A DNA stretch of 62,748 nt, the filler included, from Nitrospirota bacterium (GTDB lineage: Bacteria; UBA2233): NCBI GenBank assembly GCA_011620345.1. It is 3 parts of 3 records of this genome, joined end to end, with 100 filler letters (N's around TTAATTAATTAA, not from the genome) between each part and the next. Parts side by side here need not be neighbours in the genome. Positions count along the whole stretch, not along the records: positions 18,437 to 41,910 come from WOZJ01000036.1; 2 more parts are not named here. One strand, 5' to 3'. Of the stretch, positions 28,475 to 39,240 are shown piece after piece (the first letter of the stretch is position 1; each line of letters starts with the position of its first letter). The position numbers and the translations under genes were made by a program. A model generated the notes under the pieces. The model did no database searches and was not told where the DNA came from. It saw only the letters and a program-made list of their open reading frames with translations.

Positions 28475-31075
28475 CTAGGACTCCCTTTGGAACACGAACG
28501 CGCCGTGCTGGAAATCGATCACGACGAGCTGCCCGTCGCGGATTTCGCCCGCAATGATCTTCTTGGCAAGCTCGGTTTCTATCTCTCGCTGGATGAGCCG
28601 CTTTAAAGGTCGGGCGCCGAACAGCGGGTCGTAGCCCTGTTTGGCGATCGCCTTCTTGGCCTCGTCCGTGATCTCGATCGTGATGTTACGCTCTTCCTTG
28701 AGCCGACGACTCAAACGACCGACCTGGATGTCCACGATCCGGGCTAGGTGCTCTTCGCCGAGCGGATGGAAGACGACGATTTCGTCCACGCGGTTTAAAA
28801 ACTCGGGCCTGAAAGATTGCCTCAAGAGCCCCAAAACCTGGGTCTTGATCTTTTCAAAAGGGATGCCAGCCGTTTGCCCCTCGAGAATCTCCTGACTTCC
28901 GATGTTGGAAGTCATGATAACGACCGTGTTCCGAAAGTCTACCGTTCGGCCGTGCCCGTCGGTCAGCCTGCCTTCGTCTAGGATCTGCAAGAAGATGTTG
29001 AACACGTCCTGGTTGGCCTTCTCGATCTCATCGAACAACAGCACGCTGTAAGGCCTCCTTCGGACGGCCTCGGTCAGCTGACCGCCTTCCTCAAACCCGA
29101 CGTAGCCGGGCGGGGCGCCGATTAGCCTGGAGACCGTGTGTTTTTCCATGTACTCCGACATATCGATTCGGATCGTAGCATCCTCAGAATCGAACAGCGC
29201 CTCTGCAAGCGCCCTGGCAAGCTCTGTCTTGCCCACGCCCGTTGGGCCCAAAAAGATAAAGCTTCCTATCGGCCTTCTGGGGTCTTGAATGCCGCTGCGG
29301 CCTCGAAGCACGGCATCGGCCACGGCTTTGACGGCCTCGTCCTGGCCGACTACGCGGTTATGGAGCGTATCTTCTAACTTTAGCAACTTTTGCATCTCGC
29401 CTTCAAGCAGCTTTGTCAAAGGGATTCCCGTCCAGCTTGAGACGATCTTGGCGATGTCCTCAGGATCAACCTCCTCCTTGACGAGCCTTCCTTCGCCAAG
29501 CGCCTGGAGTTCCCTTTCGGCCTCTTGGAGCTCCCTTTCGAGCTCGGGCATGCGGCCGAACTTGAGCTCCGCCACTTTGTTCAAGTCGTAAGCTCGCTGG
29601 TGGCGCTCGGCCTCTATCTTCGCCTCCTCGATGCGTTCTTTGATCTTGTGGATTTTCGAAATAATGGCCTTTTCTTCCTCCCAGCGTGACTTGAGCTTGT
29701 CCGCTTGGGCCCTTAGCCGGCCCAGATCTTCTTGGATTTTATGCAGCCTGGCTTGGCTTGCCGGGTCAACCTCTTTTTGTAGCGCCTGTTCTTCGATGGA
29801 TAGCTGCATGATCCTTCGGTTGATCTCGTCCAACTCTTGGGGCATGCTGTCCATCTGGGTGCGCAGCCTGGCGCCCGCCTCATCGATCAAGTCGATTGCC
29901 TTGTCCGGCAGGAAACGCTCCGTGATGTAGCGGGACGAGAGCTTGGCAGCGGCGATCAGCGCGCCGTCCTTAATCCGTACGCCGTGGTGGACCTCGTAGC
30001 GCTCCTTGAGGCCGCGCAAGATGGCGATCGTGTCTTCTAGGCTTGGCTCTGAGGTGATGACGGGCTGGAAACGGCGTTCAAGCGCTGGATCCTTTTCGAT
30101 GTACTTACGGTATTCATCGAGCGTGGTTGCGCCGATGCAATGGAGCTCGCCCCTGGCCAGCATGGGCTTTAGGATGTTCGAGGCGTCCATTGCCCCCTCG
30201 GCCGCGCCGGCGCCCACGACCGTGTGCACCTCGTCGATAAAAAGGACAACTTCGCCCTTTTGTTCCTGGACTTCCTTGAGGACGGCCTTCAAGCGCTCCT
30301 CGAACTCGCCCCGGTACTTGGCCCCAGCGATCAGCGAGGGCAGGTCGAGCTGGACAATTTTCTTGTTCTTCAGCGACTCCGGCACGTCCCCTCCGATGAT
30401 CCGCTGGGCGAGACCCTCGACGATCGCCGTCTTTCCGACGCCAGGCTCTCCGATCAAGACCGGGTTGTTCTTCGTGCGCCTAGAAAGGATCTGGACGACC
30501 CGGCGAATCTCTTCGTCCCTGCCTATTACGGGGTCGAGTTTGCCTTTTCTTGCCAGGTCCGTCAGGTCCCTGCCGTAGCGCTCCAACGCCTCGATCGTCG
30601 CCTCGGGCGTAGTACTTTCTACCCTTTGATGGCCCCTGACTTGAGCCAGGATACCGAGCACGTTTTCACGGGTGACACCCATGCCTTCCAGAATTTTCGC
30701 ACCCTCGGCCTTTGGTGTTTCGGCAAGGATGGCCAAGAGCAGGTGCTCGGTCGAGACGAAGTCGTCCTTTAGCTCTTTGGCCTGCTTGTCGGCTTCCAGG
30801 AGTACCCGGTTGAGACGCTGGGTTGCATAAATTTGTCCCGAGCCCGTCCCATACACCTTTGGAAGGGAGGCCAGGTGTGCTTCGATCCGTTCGAGAGCCG
30901 TTTTTGGGGCAACGCCCATCCTCTCGAGCACCCTTGGAACGATGCCGTCTTTTTGGGAAATAAGCGCAGCCAGCACGTGCTCCGGGAGCATCTCCTGGTG
31001 GCTGAAGCGCGTGACGATGATCTGTGCCTGTTGGATTGCTTCTTTCGATTTGTCCGTGAAACGTTCTAAGTCCAT
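28475..31075 (-). CDS. clpB: Chaperone/disaggregase ClpB
   Basis: Two AAA+ modules ([16 protein letters not shown]), long middle coiled coil, GARPLKR. Confidence 0.96.
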   Translation of the reverse strand: MDLERFTDKSKEAIQQAQIIVTRFSHQEMLPEHVLAALISQKDGIVPRVLERMGVAPKTALERIEAHLASLPKVYGTGSGQIYATQRLNRVLLEADKQAKELKDDFVSTEHLLLAILAETPKAEGAKILEGMGVTRENVLGILAQVRGHQRVESTTPEATIEALERYGRDLTDLARKGKLDPVIGRDEEIRRVVQILSRRTKNNPVLIGEPGVGKTAIVEGLAQRIIGGDVPESLKNKKIVQLDLPSLIAGAKYRGEFEERLKAVLKEVQEQKGEVVLFIDEVHTVVGAGAAEGAMDASNILKPMLARGELHCIGATTLDEYRKYIEKDPALERRFQPVITSEPSLEDTIAILRGLKERYEVHHGVRIKDGALIAAAKLSSRYITERFLPDKAIDLIDEAGARLRTQMDSMPQELDEINRRIMQLSIEEQALQKEVDPASQARLHKIQEDLGRLRAQADKLKSRWEEEKAIISKIHKIKERIEEAKIEAERHQRAYDLNKVAELKFGRMPELERELQEAERELQALGEGRLVKEEVDPEDIAKIVSSWTGIPLTKLLEGEMQKLLKLEDTLHNRVVGQDEAVKAVADAVLRGRSGIQDPRRPIGSFIFLGPTGVGKTELARALAEALFDSEDATIRIDMSEYMEKHTVSRLIGAPPGYVGFEEGGQLTEAVRRRPYSVLLFDEIEKANQDVFNIFLQILDEGRLTDGHGRTVDFRNTVVIMTSNIGSQEILEGQTAGIPFEKIKTQVLGLLRQSFRPEFLNRVDEIVVFHPLGEEHLARIVDIQVGRLSRRLKEERNITIEITDEAKKAIAKQGYDPLFGARPLKRLIQREIETELAKKIIAGEIRDGQLVVIDFQHGAFVFQRES

Positions 31076-31089
31076 ACCTATATCCTCCT

Positions 31090-31124
31090 TTTAAAAAGAA
31101 AGGCCGTGGGAACTCCCACGGCCT
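31090..31124 (-). terminator. Intrinsic terminator-like hairpin between hsp20 and clpB
   Basis: Minus strand AGGCCGTGGG-AGTT-CCCACGGCCT followed by TTCTTTTT. Confidence 0.65.
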
Positions 31125-31158
31125 GAACCTTCCCACCGTCTTAATGGGGAAAGGGTTT

Positions 31159-31620
31159 TTATTTCAGCTCGATCGGGATTGCCTTCGAGACGTGCTGCTC
31201 GCTCTTGGGAAGATAGACCGTAAGGATTCCGTTCTTTAGCTCAGCCTTGGCCTTCTCGGACTGGACCTCGCAAGGCAGCTGAATCGCCCTGGCAAACGTC
31301 CCATAGAAAATTTCTTGGGCAAGCAGGTTTTCCTTCTCCTCTTTGGTCTCCCGCCTTACCTCGGCCTGAAGGCCTAGTCTATCACCCATCACCTCGAGTT
31401 TTAGGTTTTCTTTGTTCACGCCGGGCAAAGAGGCCTTCACGATCACCTCTTTTTCCGTTTCGGACATCTCCACCGCCGGGGCCCAAACGGCCGCTTGCTC
31501 TTCGCCCGGGGCTAGCGACCTTCTACCCAGCACATCGCCAAACAGCTTGTCGATGTCGGTGCGGAAGTCCATCATGGAACGCATTACATCCCGAACGGGG
31601 TCGAACCTTACGAGTGCCAT
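31159..31620 (-). CDS. Hsp20/alpha-crystallin small heat-shock protein
   Basis: WAPAVEM, LPGV, YGTFARAIQLP, KNGILTVYLPK. Confidence 0.93.
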   Translation of the reverse strand: MALVRFDPVRDVMRSMMDFRTDIDKLFGDVLGRRSLAPGEEQAAVWAPAVEMSETEKEVIVKASLPGVNKENLKLEVMGDRLGLQAEVRRETKEEKENLLAQEIFYGTFARAIQLPCEVQSEKAKAELKNGILTVYLPKSEQHVSKAIPIELK

Positions 31621-31671
31621 CGTTCCTCCTCCTTTTATTTTATGTTTTTTGAAGCGTCGTGAATGCTTTTC

Positions 31672-31691
31672 CATACGATGCGCATCGTATG
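31672..31691. promoter_or_regulatory. Perfect 20-bp palindrome in the hsp20 leader
   Basis: CATACGATGCGCATCGTATG, downstream of a minus-strand TTGACA (31731-31736). Confidence 0.5.
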
Positions 31692-31812
31692 TGGATTCTT
31701 CACTAAAATAAATAATTCATCCAAAGCGCGTGTCAAGAAGCGGTTTGACGCCGCCTTTTTGGCCTTGTTAGAGTAAGAAGGATGCAATCAAGGCTTTAGG
31801 GGGCAGAAAAAA

Positions 31813-32598
31813 TTGGATTTAGGGTTGAAAGGGAAGGTGGCCGCCATCACGGGCGCCTCTAAGGGGATCGGCAGGGCGATTGCGATTGCGCTCGCCAAAG
31901 AGGGCGTGCATATTGCTGCGTGCGCAAGAAACGAAGCCCCCTTGAGGGCGCTTGGGCGTGAAATCGAGGCCCTTGGAGTCCGGGCGTTCGTTCAGCCGGC
32001 CGACGTGACGCACGAAGGCCAGATGAAGGCGTTTATCGAAGGCGCCGTAGCCTCTTTGGGTCCTCCTTTGCTTCTTGTCGCAAACGCGGGGGGGACGCTG
32101 GGCGGCCGTTTCCTTGAAACGAGCGAGGAAGACTGGCGTGGCACGCTCGATGTCAACCTGTTCCACGCTGTCCGGGCGATCCAGGCGGTTGTGCCTTCCA
32201 TGCAAAAAGAAGGGACGGGCAGCATCGTCGTGATCTCTTCTATCTCGGGGCTTCGTCCTGGCTCCAGGGCCCAGTACGCCGCGGCCAAGGCTGCCCAGAA
32301 TGCGCTCGTTAAGGGCCTCGTCTGGGAGCTTGCACCTTTTGGCGTGAGGATCAACGCCGTCCTTCCGGGCTCGATCTACTTTGAGGGCGGAAACTGGGCA
32401 AAGCTCAAAGACCAGTCGGCCGAGGTGTTCGAGGGCTTCCAAGATAGGGAGTTTCCCTTCAAACGTCTCGGAACGCCGGAAGAGGTGGCGGAGGTCGTGA
32501 CGTTCGTCCTTTCCAGCAAAGCGAGCTGGGTCAACGGAGCGCTGATTGTGGTCGACGGCGGGCAGGGCTGGCCGAGCGTCTCGCTTAGGGGCAGGTAG
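31813..32598 (+). CDS. Short-chain dehydrogenase/reductase
   Basis: TGASKGIG, NAG, YAAAK, VDGG. Confidence 0.92.
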   Translation: MDLGLKGKVAAITGASKGIGRAIAIALAKEGVHIAACARNEAPLRALGREIEALGVRAFVQPADVTHEGQMKAFIEGAVASLGPPLLLVANAGGTLGGRFLETSEEDWRGTLDVNLFHAVRAIQAVVPSMQKEGTGSIVVISSISGLRPGSRAQYAAAKAAQNALVKGLVWELAPFGVRINAVLPGSIYFEGGNWAKLKDQSAEVFEGFQDREFPFKRLGTPEEVAEVVTFVLSSKASWVNGALIVVDGGQGWPSVSLRGR

Positions 32599-32726
32599 AG
32601 GCACGAGCCGAGGACGGGACGCGCCGGGGCAATCGATCCAACTTTTGGAACATTGATTGTTCCTGCCGCAGTAGAAGACAATAGGGTATAGACCGAGCAA
32701 AAGGCCAAAAAAAGCAGGAGGGGGCG

Positions 32727-34385
32727 ATGGGATACCTAGACGGCGGAGAGATGGTGGCCAAGGTACTCAAAAAAGAGGGGATCAAGGCGATTTTCACGCT
32801 CTGCGGGGGGCACATTCTTCCCGTGTACGAGGGTTGCCGGAAAGAGGGTATCGCCGTGGTCGATGTCAGGCATGAGCAGGCGGCGGCGCACGCGGCCGAT
32901 GCCTACGCGCGCATTACCCGCGGGATCGGGGTGTGCGTCGTGACGGCGGGGCCTGGCGTGACGGACGCCGTGACGGGGATCGCCAACGCCTTCTTCGCCA
33001 AGAGCCCCGTCGTCTGCATCGGAGGGGCGGCGCCGTTCTCGACGCTTGGGAAGGGCAACCTGCAGGAGATGGACCAGGTTAGCCTGATGCGTCCGATCAC
33101 GAAGTGGGCCGAGGCGGTCTACGAAACCAAGCGGATCCCCGAATTCTTGATGACCGCCATCAGGCAGGCGCTCTCGCCCAAAAAAGGCCCGGTCTACCTA
33201 GAAATTCCGATGGATACGGTCTTTGGCAGGGAGGACGAGGGGACGATTGCCTGGCCCAAGTCCTTCCGCTCTCTATTCCGGATGGGGCCCGAGCCGAAGG
33301 CGGTCGAAGAGCTTGCGGCCCTTCTTAGGCAAGCCAAAAGGCCCGTTGTGATCGCAGGGAGCGATCTTTACTGGGACAAGGCCTGGGAGGTCTTACGGAT
33401 CTTGGCTGAAACGCAGCGGGTTCCGGTGTTTTTGAACGGCATGGCAAGGGGGGCGTTGCCCTCGGACCACCCCAATTTCTTCCAGTACACCAGGAGAAAA
33501 GCCTGTCAGGGTGCCGATTTGGCCGTCGTGATTGGCACTCCGCTCGATTTTCGGCTGGATTTCGGGTCCCCGGGCCTTTTTCCGGAGCACCTCAAGCTTG
33601 CGATGCTGGGCGATCCAGATATCCTTGGAAAGAACAGGGAACTCACGCTCGGCGTTCCGGGCGATATCCATTTGGCGCTCGAGGGCCTGCTCGAGTCGCT
33701 GCCCCAAGTGGATAACGAGCCGGACCGCATGCGCTGGATAGAACAGCTAAGGGAAGACGAAGAAGCAAAGGCAATGGCCGAGGAGGAAAAGGCTAAGATC
33801 GGCTCGTCCCCGATGTCTTCGTCCCGGTTTTTGAAGGAACTCCGCGAAGCGCTCACGGAAGACGACATCTTGATCGGGGACGGGGGGGATATCGTAGCCC
33901 TTGGCTCCAAGCTTATTCCGGCCAAGAAGCCGGGCCATTGGATGGACCCGGGGCCGATGGGATGCCTTGGCGTGGGCGCGCCGTTCGCGATCGCGGCCAA
34001 GCTGCTCCATCCCCAAAAGAACATCGTAATCCTTTACGGCGACGGTTCTTTTGGCTTGAATGGGTTCGAGTTCGACACGGCCGTGCGCTTCAAGCTGCCC
34101 ATCATCGGCGTCATCGGAAACGACGCGGCCTGGAGTCAGATCCGCAACCCACAGCTCGACCTCTACGGAGAGGAGGCCTCGATAGGCACTGCGCTTTCGG
34201 CCACGCACTACGAAGAGGTCGTCAAGGGGCTAGGCGGGTACGGTGAGTACGTGGAGGACCCTGCAGCGTTTAGGGGAGCCTTTGAGCGCGCCAAGGCCTC
34301 GAACAAGCCGGCGCTTTTGAACGTCCGGATCGACCCAAAGGTGGGCAAGGAGCAGATGGGCGTCCGCGGTGGAGCCATCTACTAG
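32727..34385 (+). CDS. ThDP-dependent enzyme (acetolactate synthase-like; 2-hydroxyacyl-CoA lyase/oxalyl-CoA decarboxylase-like)
   Basis: RHEQAAAHAAD, TAGPG, GDGSFG...NDAAW. Confidence 0.88.
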   Translation: MGYLDGGEMVAKVLKKEGIKAIFTLCGGHILPVYEGCRKEGIAVVDVRHEQAAAHAADAYARITRGIGVCVVTAGPGVTDAVTGIANAFFAKSPVVCIGGAAPFSTLGKGNLQEMDQVSLMRPITKWAEAVYETKRIPEFLMTAIRQALSPKKGPVYLEIPMDTVFGREDEGTIAWPKSFRSLFRMGPEPKAVEELAALLRQAKRPVVIAGSDLYWDKAWEVLRILAETQRVPVFLNGMARGALPSDHPNFFQYTRRKACQGADLAVVIGTPLDFRLDFGSPGLFPEHLKLAMLGDPDILGKNRELTLGVPGDIHLALEGLLESLPQVDNEPDRMRWIEQLREDEEAKAMAEEEKAKIGSSPMSSSRFLKELREALTEDDILIGDGGDIVALGSKLIPAKKPGHWMDPGPMGCLGVGAPFAIAAKLLHPQKNIVILYGDGSFGLNGFEFDTAVRFKLPIIGVIGNDAAWSQIRNPQLDLYGEEASIGTALSATHYEEVVKGLGGYGEYVEDPAAFRGAFERAKASNKPALLNVRIDPKVGKEQMGVRGGAIY

Positions 34386-34404
34386 CGTGCGCGTGTGGGC
34401 ACCG

Positions 34405-35694
34405 ATGAAGCGGCTGGCGCTGGCTTGCCTGTTTGTCCTGGGGATTCTTCCCAATGCCTTGGCGCTCCAGGTGATTGAGCCAGAAGGGGATAGGGGGCCG
34501 TTCTTCATCAACTTCCGCTACCCCCACCTGTTTTTTTCGTTTTACATCGATACGCCGGCCGAGATATCCCTCGACTTCGAGGCTGGCCAAAGGGGAGGCG
34601 TCGAGCCCTCGACGTTTTTGTGCTTCTTGAACAGCCACTACACGTTGGGGTTTTCTCTTCAAGAAGGCCAACGCTCCGGCCGCTACAGGCTTTATTTGGG
34701 GCCCGTGCTAAGGGGGAGGCACAGCGTCCGGATCGATCTCGTTCAGCCAAAAAAGGAACGCAAGACCCCGGAGGCCGTCCTGGATCGGGTTCGGTTTCTT
34801 GGCGCCGAACCCGGGGATGAGCACTTCAGCGTCCTTCGACACACCCCGCTGTACATCCTTGAGACACCCGAGCGGGAAGCCCCGCTTTTTGGCCGCTTTT
34901 GGTATAAGGAAACAGACCAAGGGCTAGAGCTTGCCTATGGCCTCACCACCACGTGCGCCTCGGAAGGGCAAGAGCTTGTGAGGGCGCTTGAAACCACGGG
35001 GCTTCCGTTTCGTCAGCTTGAAACGCTAAGTGCCCGGATCAGCCCTTTTGGGCTTATTCTTGGGCTGGACTTCTATCAGAACGGACGTTTAGCCCCTTTT
35101 CAAGGCCGTTTGGAAGGAACGCACCCCTTGCTTTCTCTTAATTTGGCATCGGGCGAGCTTAAAGAAGCGAAAGCGCTTCCCAAAGAGGGCGTATACCGGG
35201 TTGACCCGACACGCTACGGTTCATTAAAGGACGTGACTTTTTTTGAGGATCTTCCTTGGATGCTTGCGCTCGCCAACGGAATCGCAAAACGATCGGGTAT
35301 CTTGGAGGGCACGTCGAATCCATCCAGCCAGACCCCAGCCGATTTGTCCTTTTATCTCTTTTTTCGGTTCCACTTGGACGAAAACACGGCCAGGGGGCCA
35401 TTTGGGTTCGAGGTGGAACTGGCAGACGGAACACGCCTAAAGACAAAGGGGGCTACGGCAAACCCAGACCGAGACGGCGTGTTTGGGTTTGCCGTAAAGA
35501 GCCCAAGGCGCTTGGGTGAGCCAGACGTCGCGAGGTTTCGCGTGATCGAGGGTCAAGGCGGGGCGCTTGCTTCGAACGTAGCCCTAGATCAAGCCTTTGC
35601 CCTGGACACTGACCGTGGCGTATACGCATGGCGAGCGTCGGGCCAAACCTGGTACCCGGCGCTTTCGGGCTACTGGGAGAGACCAACCCGCTAA
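34405..35694 (+). CDS. Hypothetical exported protein
   Basis: Long ORF with signal peptide MKRLALACLFVLGILPNALA. Confidence 0.65.
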   Translation: MKRLALACLFVLGILPNALALQVIEPEGDRGPFFINFRYPHLFFSFYIDTPAEISLDFEAGQRGGVEPSTFLCFLNSHYTLGFSLQEGQRSGRYRLYLGPVLRGRHSVRIDLVQPKKERKTPEAVLDRVRFLGAEPGDEHFSVLRHTPLYILETPEREAPLFGRFWYKETDQGLELAYGLTTTCASEGQELVRALETTGLPFRQLETLSARISPFGLILGLDFYQNGRLAPFQGRLEGTHPLLSLNLASGELKEAKALPKEGVYRVDPTRYGSLKDVTFFEDLPWMLALANGIAKRSGILEGTSNPSSQTPADLSFYLFFRFHLDENTARGPFGFEVELADGTRLKTKGATANPDRDGVFGFAVKSPRRLGEPDVARFRVIEGQGGALASNVALDQAFALDTDRGVYAWRASGQTWYPALSGYWERPTR

Positions 35695-35697
35695 GGG

Positions 35698-36312
35698 CTA
35701 GCGCACGAGCTTCGGGTTCTCTAAAACGAGCGTCACCGGTCCTGCGGGGGTCTGACGAAAACGTACCTCCCCTAACACGACCAGGTGGTTCTGGTTGCGG
35801 CTGTACTCCGGAATAGTCGCGAGAATCGTCGTTGCCTGGTTCGGGATCAAAGGAAAATCCCCGAGCACCTTCCCGTTCAGCTCGATCTGGATATGCGCGC
35901 TCTCGGCCGCCATCCCCGGGTCTTCAAGCCGTGCCACGGCCTGGAGTGTGCTATATTGCCTCGTAAGCCCAAAAAAGTAAAACGTTTGGAGGGGCTTGTT
36001 CAAGAAGGGCTCTAGCCCGTTTGGCTGGATGGTTGCCTTAAGGGCGTTTGTCGCGGTACCGAACTCGAGCGTGACTGGCGCGCCTTTTGGCATAACTGTC
36101 GCGTTTGCGTAAGGAACCCCAGTCTGCGTCCCCTGCTCGATAAACCTGCCGACTTCGAAATTCTTGGCTGCGGGCGAGTTCGAGATGAGCTCGACCAAAG
36201 AAATCCCCTGGCCCAAAGTGGCGGTTGGGGGCTCGACCAAAGAAACCCCCTGGCCTAAAGCGGCCGTTGCGGGAATGACCAACATGGAAAAGAGAGCCAA
36301 AGCACTCCGCAT
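35698..36312 (-). CDS. Exported protein with possible NPCBM-like beta-sandwich
   Basis: Signal peptide, GAGGAG RBS; LTRQYSTLQAVARLED...IELNGKVL resembles the NPCBM pattern. Confidence 0.5.
   Translation of the reverse strand: MRSALALFSMLVIPATAALGQGVSLVEPPTATLGQGISLVELISNSPAAKNFEVGRFIEQGTQTGVPYANATVMPKGAPVTLEFGTATNALKATIQPNGLEPFLNKPLQTFYFFGLTRQYSTLQAVARLEDPGMAAESAHIQIELNGKVLGDFPLIPNQATTILATIPEYSRNQNHLVVLGEVRFRQTPAGPVTLVLENPKLVR
36189..36272. repeat. Imperfect 42-bp tandem duplication (14-aa repeat)
   Basis: Units begin GCTCGACCAAAGAAA at 36189 and 36231; protein reads ATAALGQGVSLVE / PTATLGQGISLVE. Confidence 0.85.
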
Positions 36313-36437
36313 AAAACCGATCTCCTCGATGTTGAACGTCAAGCGGGTATTAATGAGGTACTTTAACCTGGTTTCTTCGTTTTGGCAAGCCGCCTTTCTT
36401 CCTTTCCAACCGGCTTACGAACGGTTAAACTAAAAAA

Positions 36438-37292
36438 ATGGCCACTAACTGGACATCCACGCTTTCTGTCAGCTCGCACCCAAGGGACAACCTAGGGCTC
36501 GGCTACGTCTACGCCGTCGCTTCACGCCGCTCGGGCGGTATATCCGTGGGGATCAACGTGAACCCAAACAAGGCATGCAACTATCGCTGCCTTTACTGCC
36601 AGGTCGAAGGCCTTACACGGGGGAAGGCCCCGGCACTCGATTTGAAGCGTCTCAAGATGGAGCTCAAGGCGTTCTTGGGGGATGCTTCGAGGGCACAAGA
36701 GTCCGAAGAGCCGTATTCGATCCGCGACATCGCCATTTCGGGCGATGGCGAGCCAACGAGCCTGGAGGCCTTCGACGAGCTCGTGTTGACACTCCGCGAA
36801 GCGCTCTCTGAAAGCGGCCTCCTTGGTCGAGTCAAAGTTGTCCTCATTACGAACGGAACGTTGCTTCGGAGGGCACGCGTCCAGAAAGGCCTTGCGCTTT
36901 TGGCCGCGATACAAGGCGAGGTGTGGTTCAAGCTGGATTCGGCAAGCCAAGAGGGGATTCTGCAGGTTCACGATACGAGAGTTCCCCCGTCTAAGTTGTT
37001 CGAAAACCTAAAGGCAGCCTCGAGCCTTTGCCTAACCTGGGTCCATACGCTGTGCTTTCGGCTGGACGGTACGGCCATTCTGGATATGCCAAGGGAGCGT
37101 GAGACGTACCTTGCGTTTTTGGGAAGGGCTCAAAAAGAAGGACTCCCGCTCGGGGGGGTCGTGCTGTACACGCTTGCCAGGCCATCCCTCCAGCCCGAGG
37201 CGCCTAGACTTTCCGCCGTTTCGGAGGCCTGGCTTCAAGCTCTGGCGTCGGACGTTCACGGCCTTGGGCTCGACGTTCGCGTGCATCCCTAA
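36438..37292 (+). CDS. Radical SAM protein
   Basis: SRRSGGISVGIN, CNYRCLYCQV, SGDGEPT, LITNG. Confidence 0.9.
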   Translation: MATNWTSTLSVSSHPRDNLGLGYVYAVASRRSGGISVGINVNPNKACNYRCLYCQVEGLTRGKAPALDLKRLKMELKAFLGDASRAQESEEPYSIRDIAISGDGEPTSLEAFDELVLTLREALSESGLLGRVKVVLITNGTLLRRARVQKGLALLAAIQGEVWFKLDSASQEGILQVHDTRVPPSKLFENLKAASSLCLTWVHTLCFRLDGTAILDMPRERETYLAFLGRAQKEGLPLGGVVLYTLARPSLQPEAPRLSAVSEAWLQALASDVHGLGLDVRVHP

Positions 37293-37310
37293 AGTCTAGC
37301 GGAGGCGGTC

Positions 37311-38108
37311 ATGAAGCACGTTTGGTGGTTGCTCGTTTTGTTCGGCTTTTCGATCGTCCTAGAGCGGCGTGTTGTCGCGGAGGGGGAGGTTTTGCTTCCA
37401 CCCAAAGGGAGCTCTTTTACCTACAAAGTCGTTGTCGAAGGCAAAAAAGCCGCCACGATGACCCTTTGGGAAGAGCCTGGCACAAGACTCGAAACGCACA
37501 CCTTCCTTGGCATAGTCAAGGGCTTTAGACCCCAGATCGAAGGACTTTCGGAATCCCTACCCGTAAAGGATTGTATCCATTGGGTGGTCACCCGGCCAGG
37601 CCAGAAAGGCTACCGAGCGGATTTCTACTACGCGCTAGAAAGTTCAAGCATCCGGCTTTACTTCGAACAGACCTCGGATGGAGGAATGGCGTTTTACGAA
37701 GACCCCCTGCCAGTGCTGGTGTTCCCGTTCAAAGCCGGAAAAACCTTTTCCGGCAAGAGCGCGTTTTATCTTAGGATGCCCGATACTGGTATGACCTTAA
37801 TGCACGAGTACCGTTCGAAAGATCTAAAGAGCGATACGATTGAAGGCAGCGTAAGGATGGTCGAGACACGTGTCGCTAACGTGGAGGCAGGCGCGTTTCT
37901 ATGCATGAACACGCTAAGCGTGTTCCAGGCCAAAACCGGGCGCCTCTTTTCGTCTGCCAGGACTAAGGTTGAAATGGAACGGTTTTGGTCCGAAGATTTG
38001 CGCTATTTCGTCAAGGAACATTCACGAATCCGAATGGATGCAATGATCGATTCGGAAGGAACGATCGAGCGGGAGCTGATAAAGTTTTCGCAAGACGGCA
38101 GGGATTAA
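37311..38108 (+). CDS. Hypothetical exported beta-rich protein
   Basis: GGAGG RBS, N-terminal hydrophobic segment, VEAGAFLC motif. Confidence 0.65.
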   Translation: MKHVWWLLVLFGFSIVLERRVVAEGEVLLPPKGSSFTYKVVVEGKKAATMTLWEEPGTRLETHTFLGIVKGFRPQIEGLSESLPVKDCIHWVVTRPGQKGYRADFYYALESSSIRLYFEQTSDGGMAFYEDPLPVLVFPFKAGKTFSGKSAFYLRMPDTGMTLMHEYRSKDLKSDTIEGSVRMVETRVANVEAGAFLCMNTLSVFQAKTGRLFSSARTKVEMERFWSEDLRYFVKEHSRIRMDAMIDSEGTIERELIKFSQDGRD

Positions 38109-38187
38109 ACGCTCTCTATCTATGGCTCGATCTTTGCTGTAGATGGATCGAAAGCGCGAAAGGCCCAAAAGCAAGACTGAAGAAGGG

Positions 38188-39129
38188 CTAGGCGTCCTTC
38201 GGTTGCTCCCCTTTTGGCTTTTTTTGTATGTAGCGAACGAGCCCTAGGACGTTCGTCCAAGGGGGGTTGATTCGCTCGTAGAGCGTACAGGTAGCTTCAT
38301 CAAGCCCAAGCGCATGAAATTCCTGCTTGAAGGCGTTCTCGAACTGCTCCTTTAGGGTATCGGGGTCAAGCCCGTCTTCCAGCCCCTTTTGAATAAAGCG
38401 CTCGAAGCGCAACAGACGGTCTTTGAGCGAGGCTAAGTGCTCCTTTGTGTCGGTGAACGGACCGAAATGGGTTAGGAACAATACCGAAGGGTTTAAGGCG
38501 GCAAGCGTATCGATCGATCGAACCCAGTCCTCGACGTGGATGTCAGGCGGGGGGCAGGGAGGGACTGCCGGCCCTTCTTTACCGTAGCGCACGCCTCCGA
38601 TATCGCCGCATACGATCGCCCCGTCGATAAAGTAGGCCAAGTGGTGAACGGCGTGCCCCGGTGTATCGAGCGCGACGATTTGGACGTCGCCTAGCGAAAC
38701 GCGCTCTTTGTCCTGAAGGATCTTCACGCGGTCCTCTGGAATAGGTCGAATCTCTCCCCATAGCTCTTCCGCCATCCCGCCGTAGAGGCGCTTCACCGAG
38801 CTCCAGAGCCTTTCGGGCTGGACGAGGTGTGAGGCCGCCTTGGGGTGGGCGTAGACCTTCGCCCCGTGTTCGGCAAACCACCATGCCGCGCCGGCGTGGT
38901 CTAAATGAACGTGCGTGACGAACACGTGCCGCACGTCCTGAGGGGGCACTCCGGCCCCTAGAAGACCGGCCTTGAGCCCTTCTAAGGACGACGCCGGGCC
39001 TGTCTCGAACAGGGCCGGGCCCTCTTGGGTGTTCATCAGAAAGGCCCCGACAGCGGCTTTGTTTCCCAAAAATAGGGTATCGAGCGTTTGAAGTTCCATG
39101 CCTGCCTCCGGCTCCAAGACAGGAGCCAT
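38188..39129 (-). CDS. MBL-fold metallo-hydrolase
   Basis: THVHLDHAG, TPGHAVHH, GD, THFG. Confidence 0.92.
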   Translation of the reverse strand: MAPVLEPEAGMELQTLDTLFLGNKAAVGAFLMNTQEGPALFETGPASSLEGLKAGLLGAGVPPQDVRHVFVTHVHLDHAGAAWWFAEHGAKVYAHPKAASHLVQPERLWSSVKRLYGGMAEELWGEIRPIPEDRVKILQDKERVSLGDVQIVALDTPGHAVHHLAYFIDGAIVCGDIGGVRYGKEGPAVPPCPPPDIHVEDWVRSIDTLAALNPSVLFLTHFGPFTDTKEHLASLKDRLLRFERFIQKGLEDGLDPDTLKEQFENAFKQEFHALGLDEATCTLYERINPPWTNVLGLVRYIQKKPKGEQPKDA

Positions 39130-39240
39130 ACGATATTTTCTTTTAGGATAGCCCTAGCATGTCCAGATGTTCAACGCTATGCAACGATAAGCCCGATTTG
39201 GCGTTTCTCGGGAAAGGCGATAACGGTTGAGCCTTGTCGT

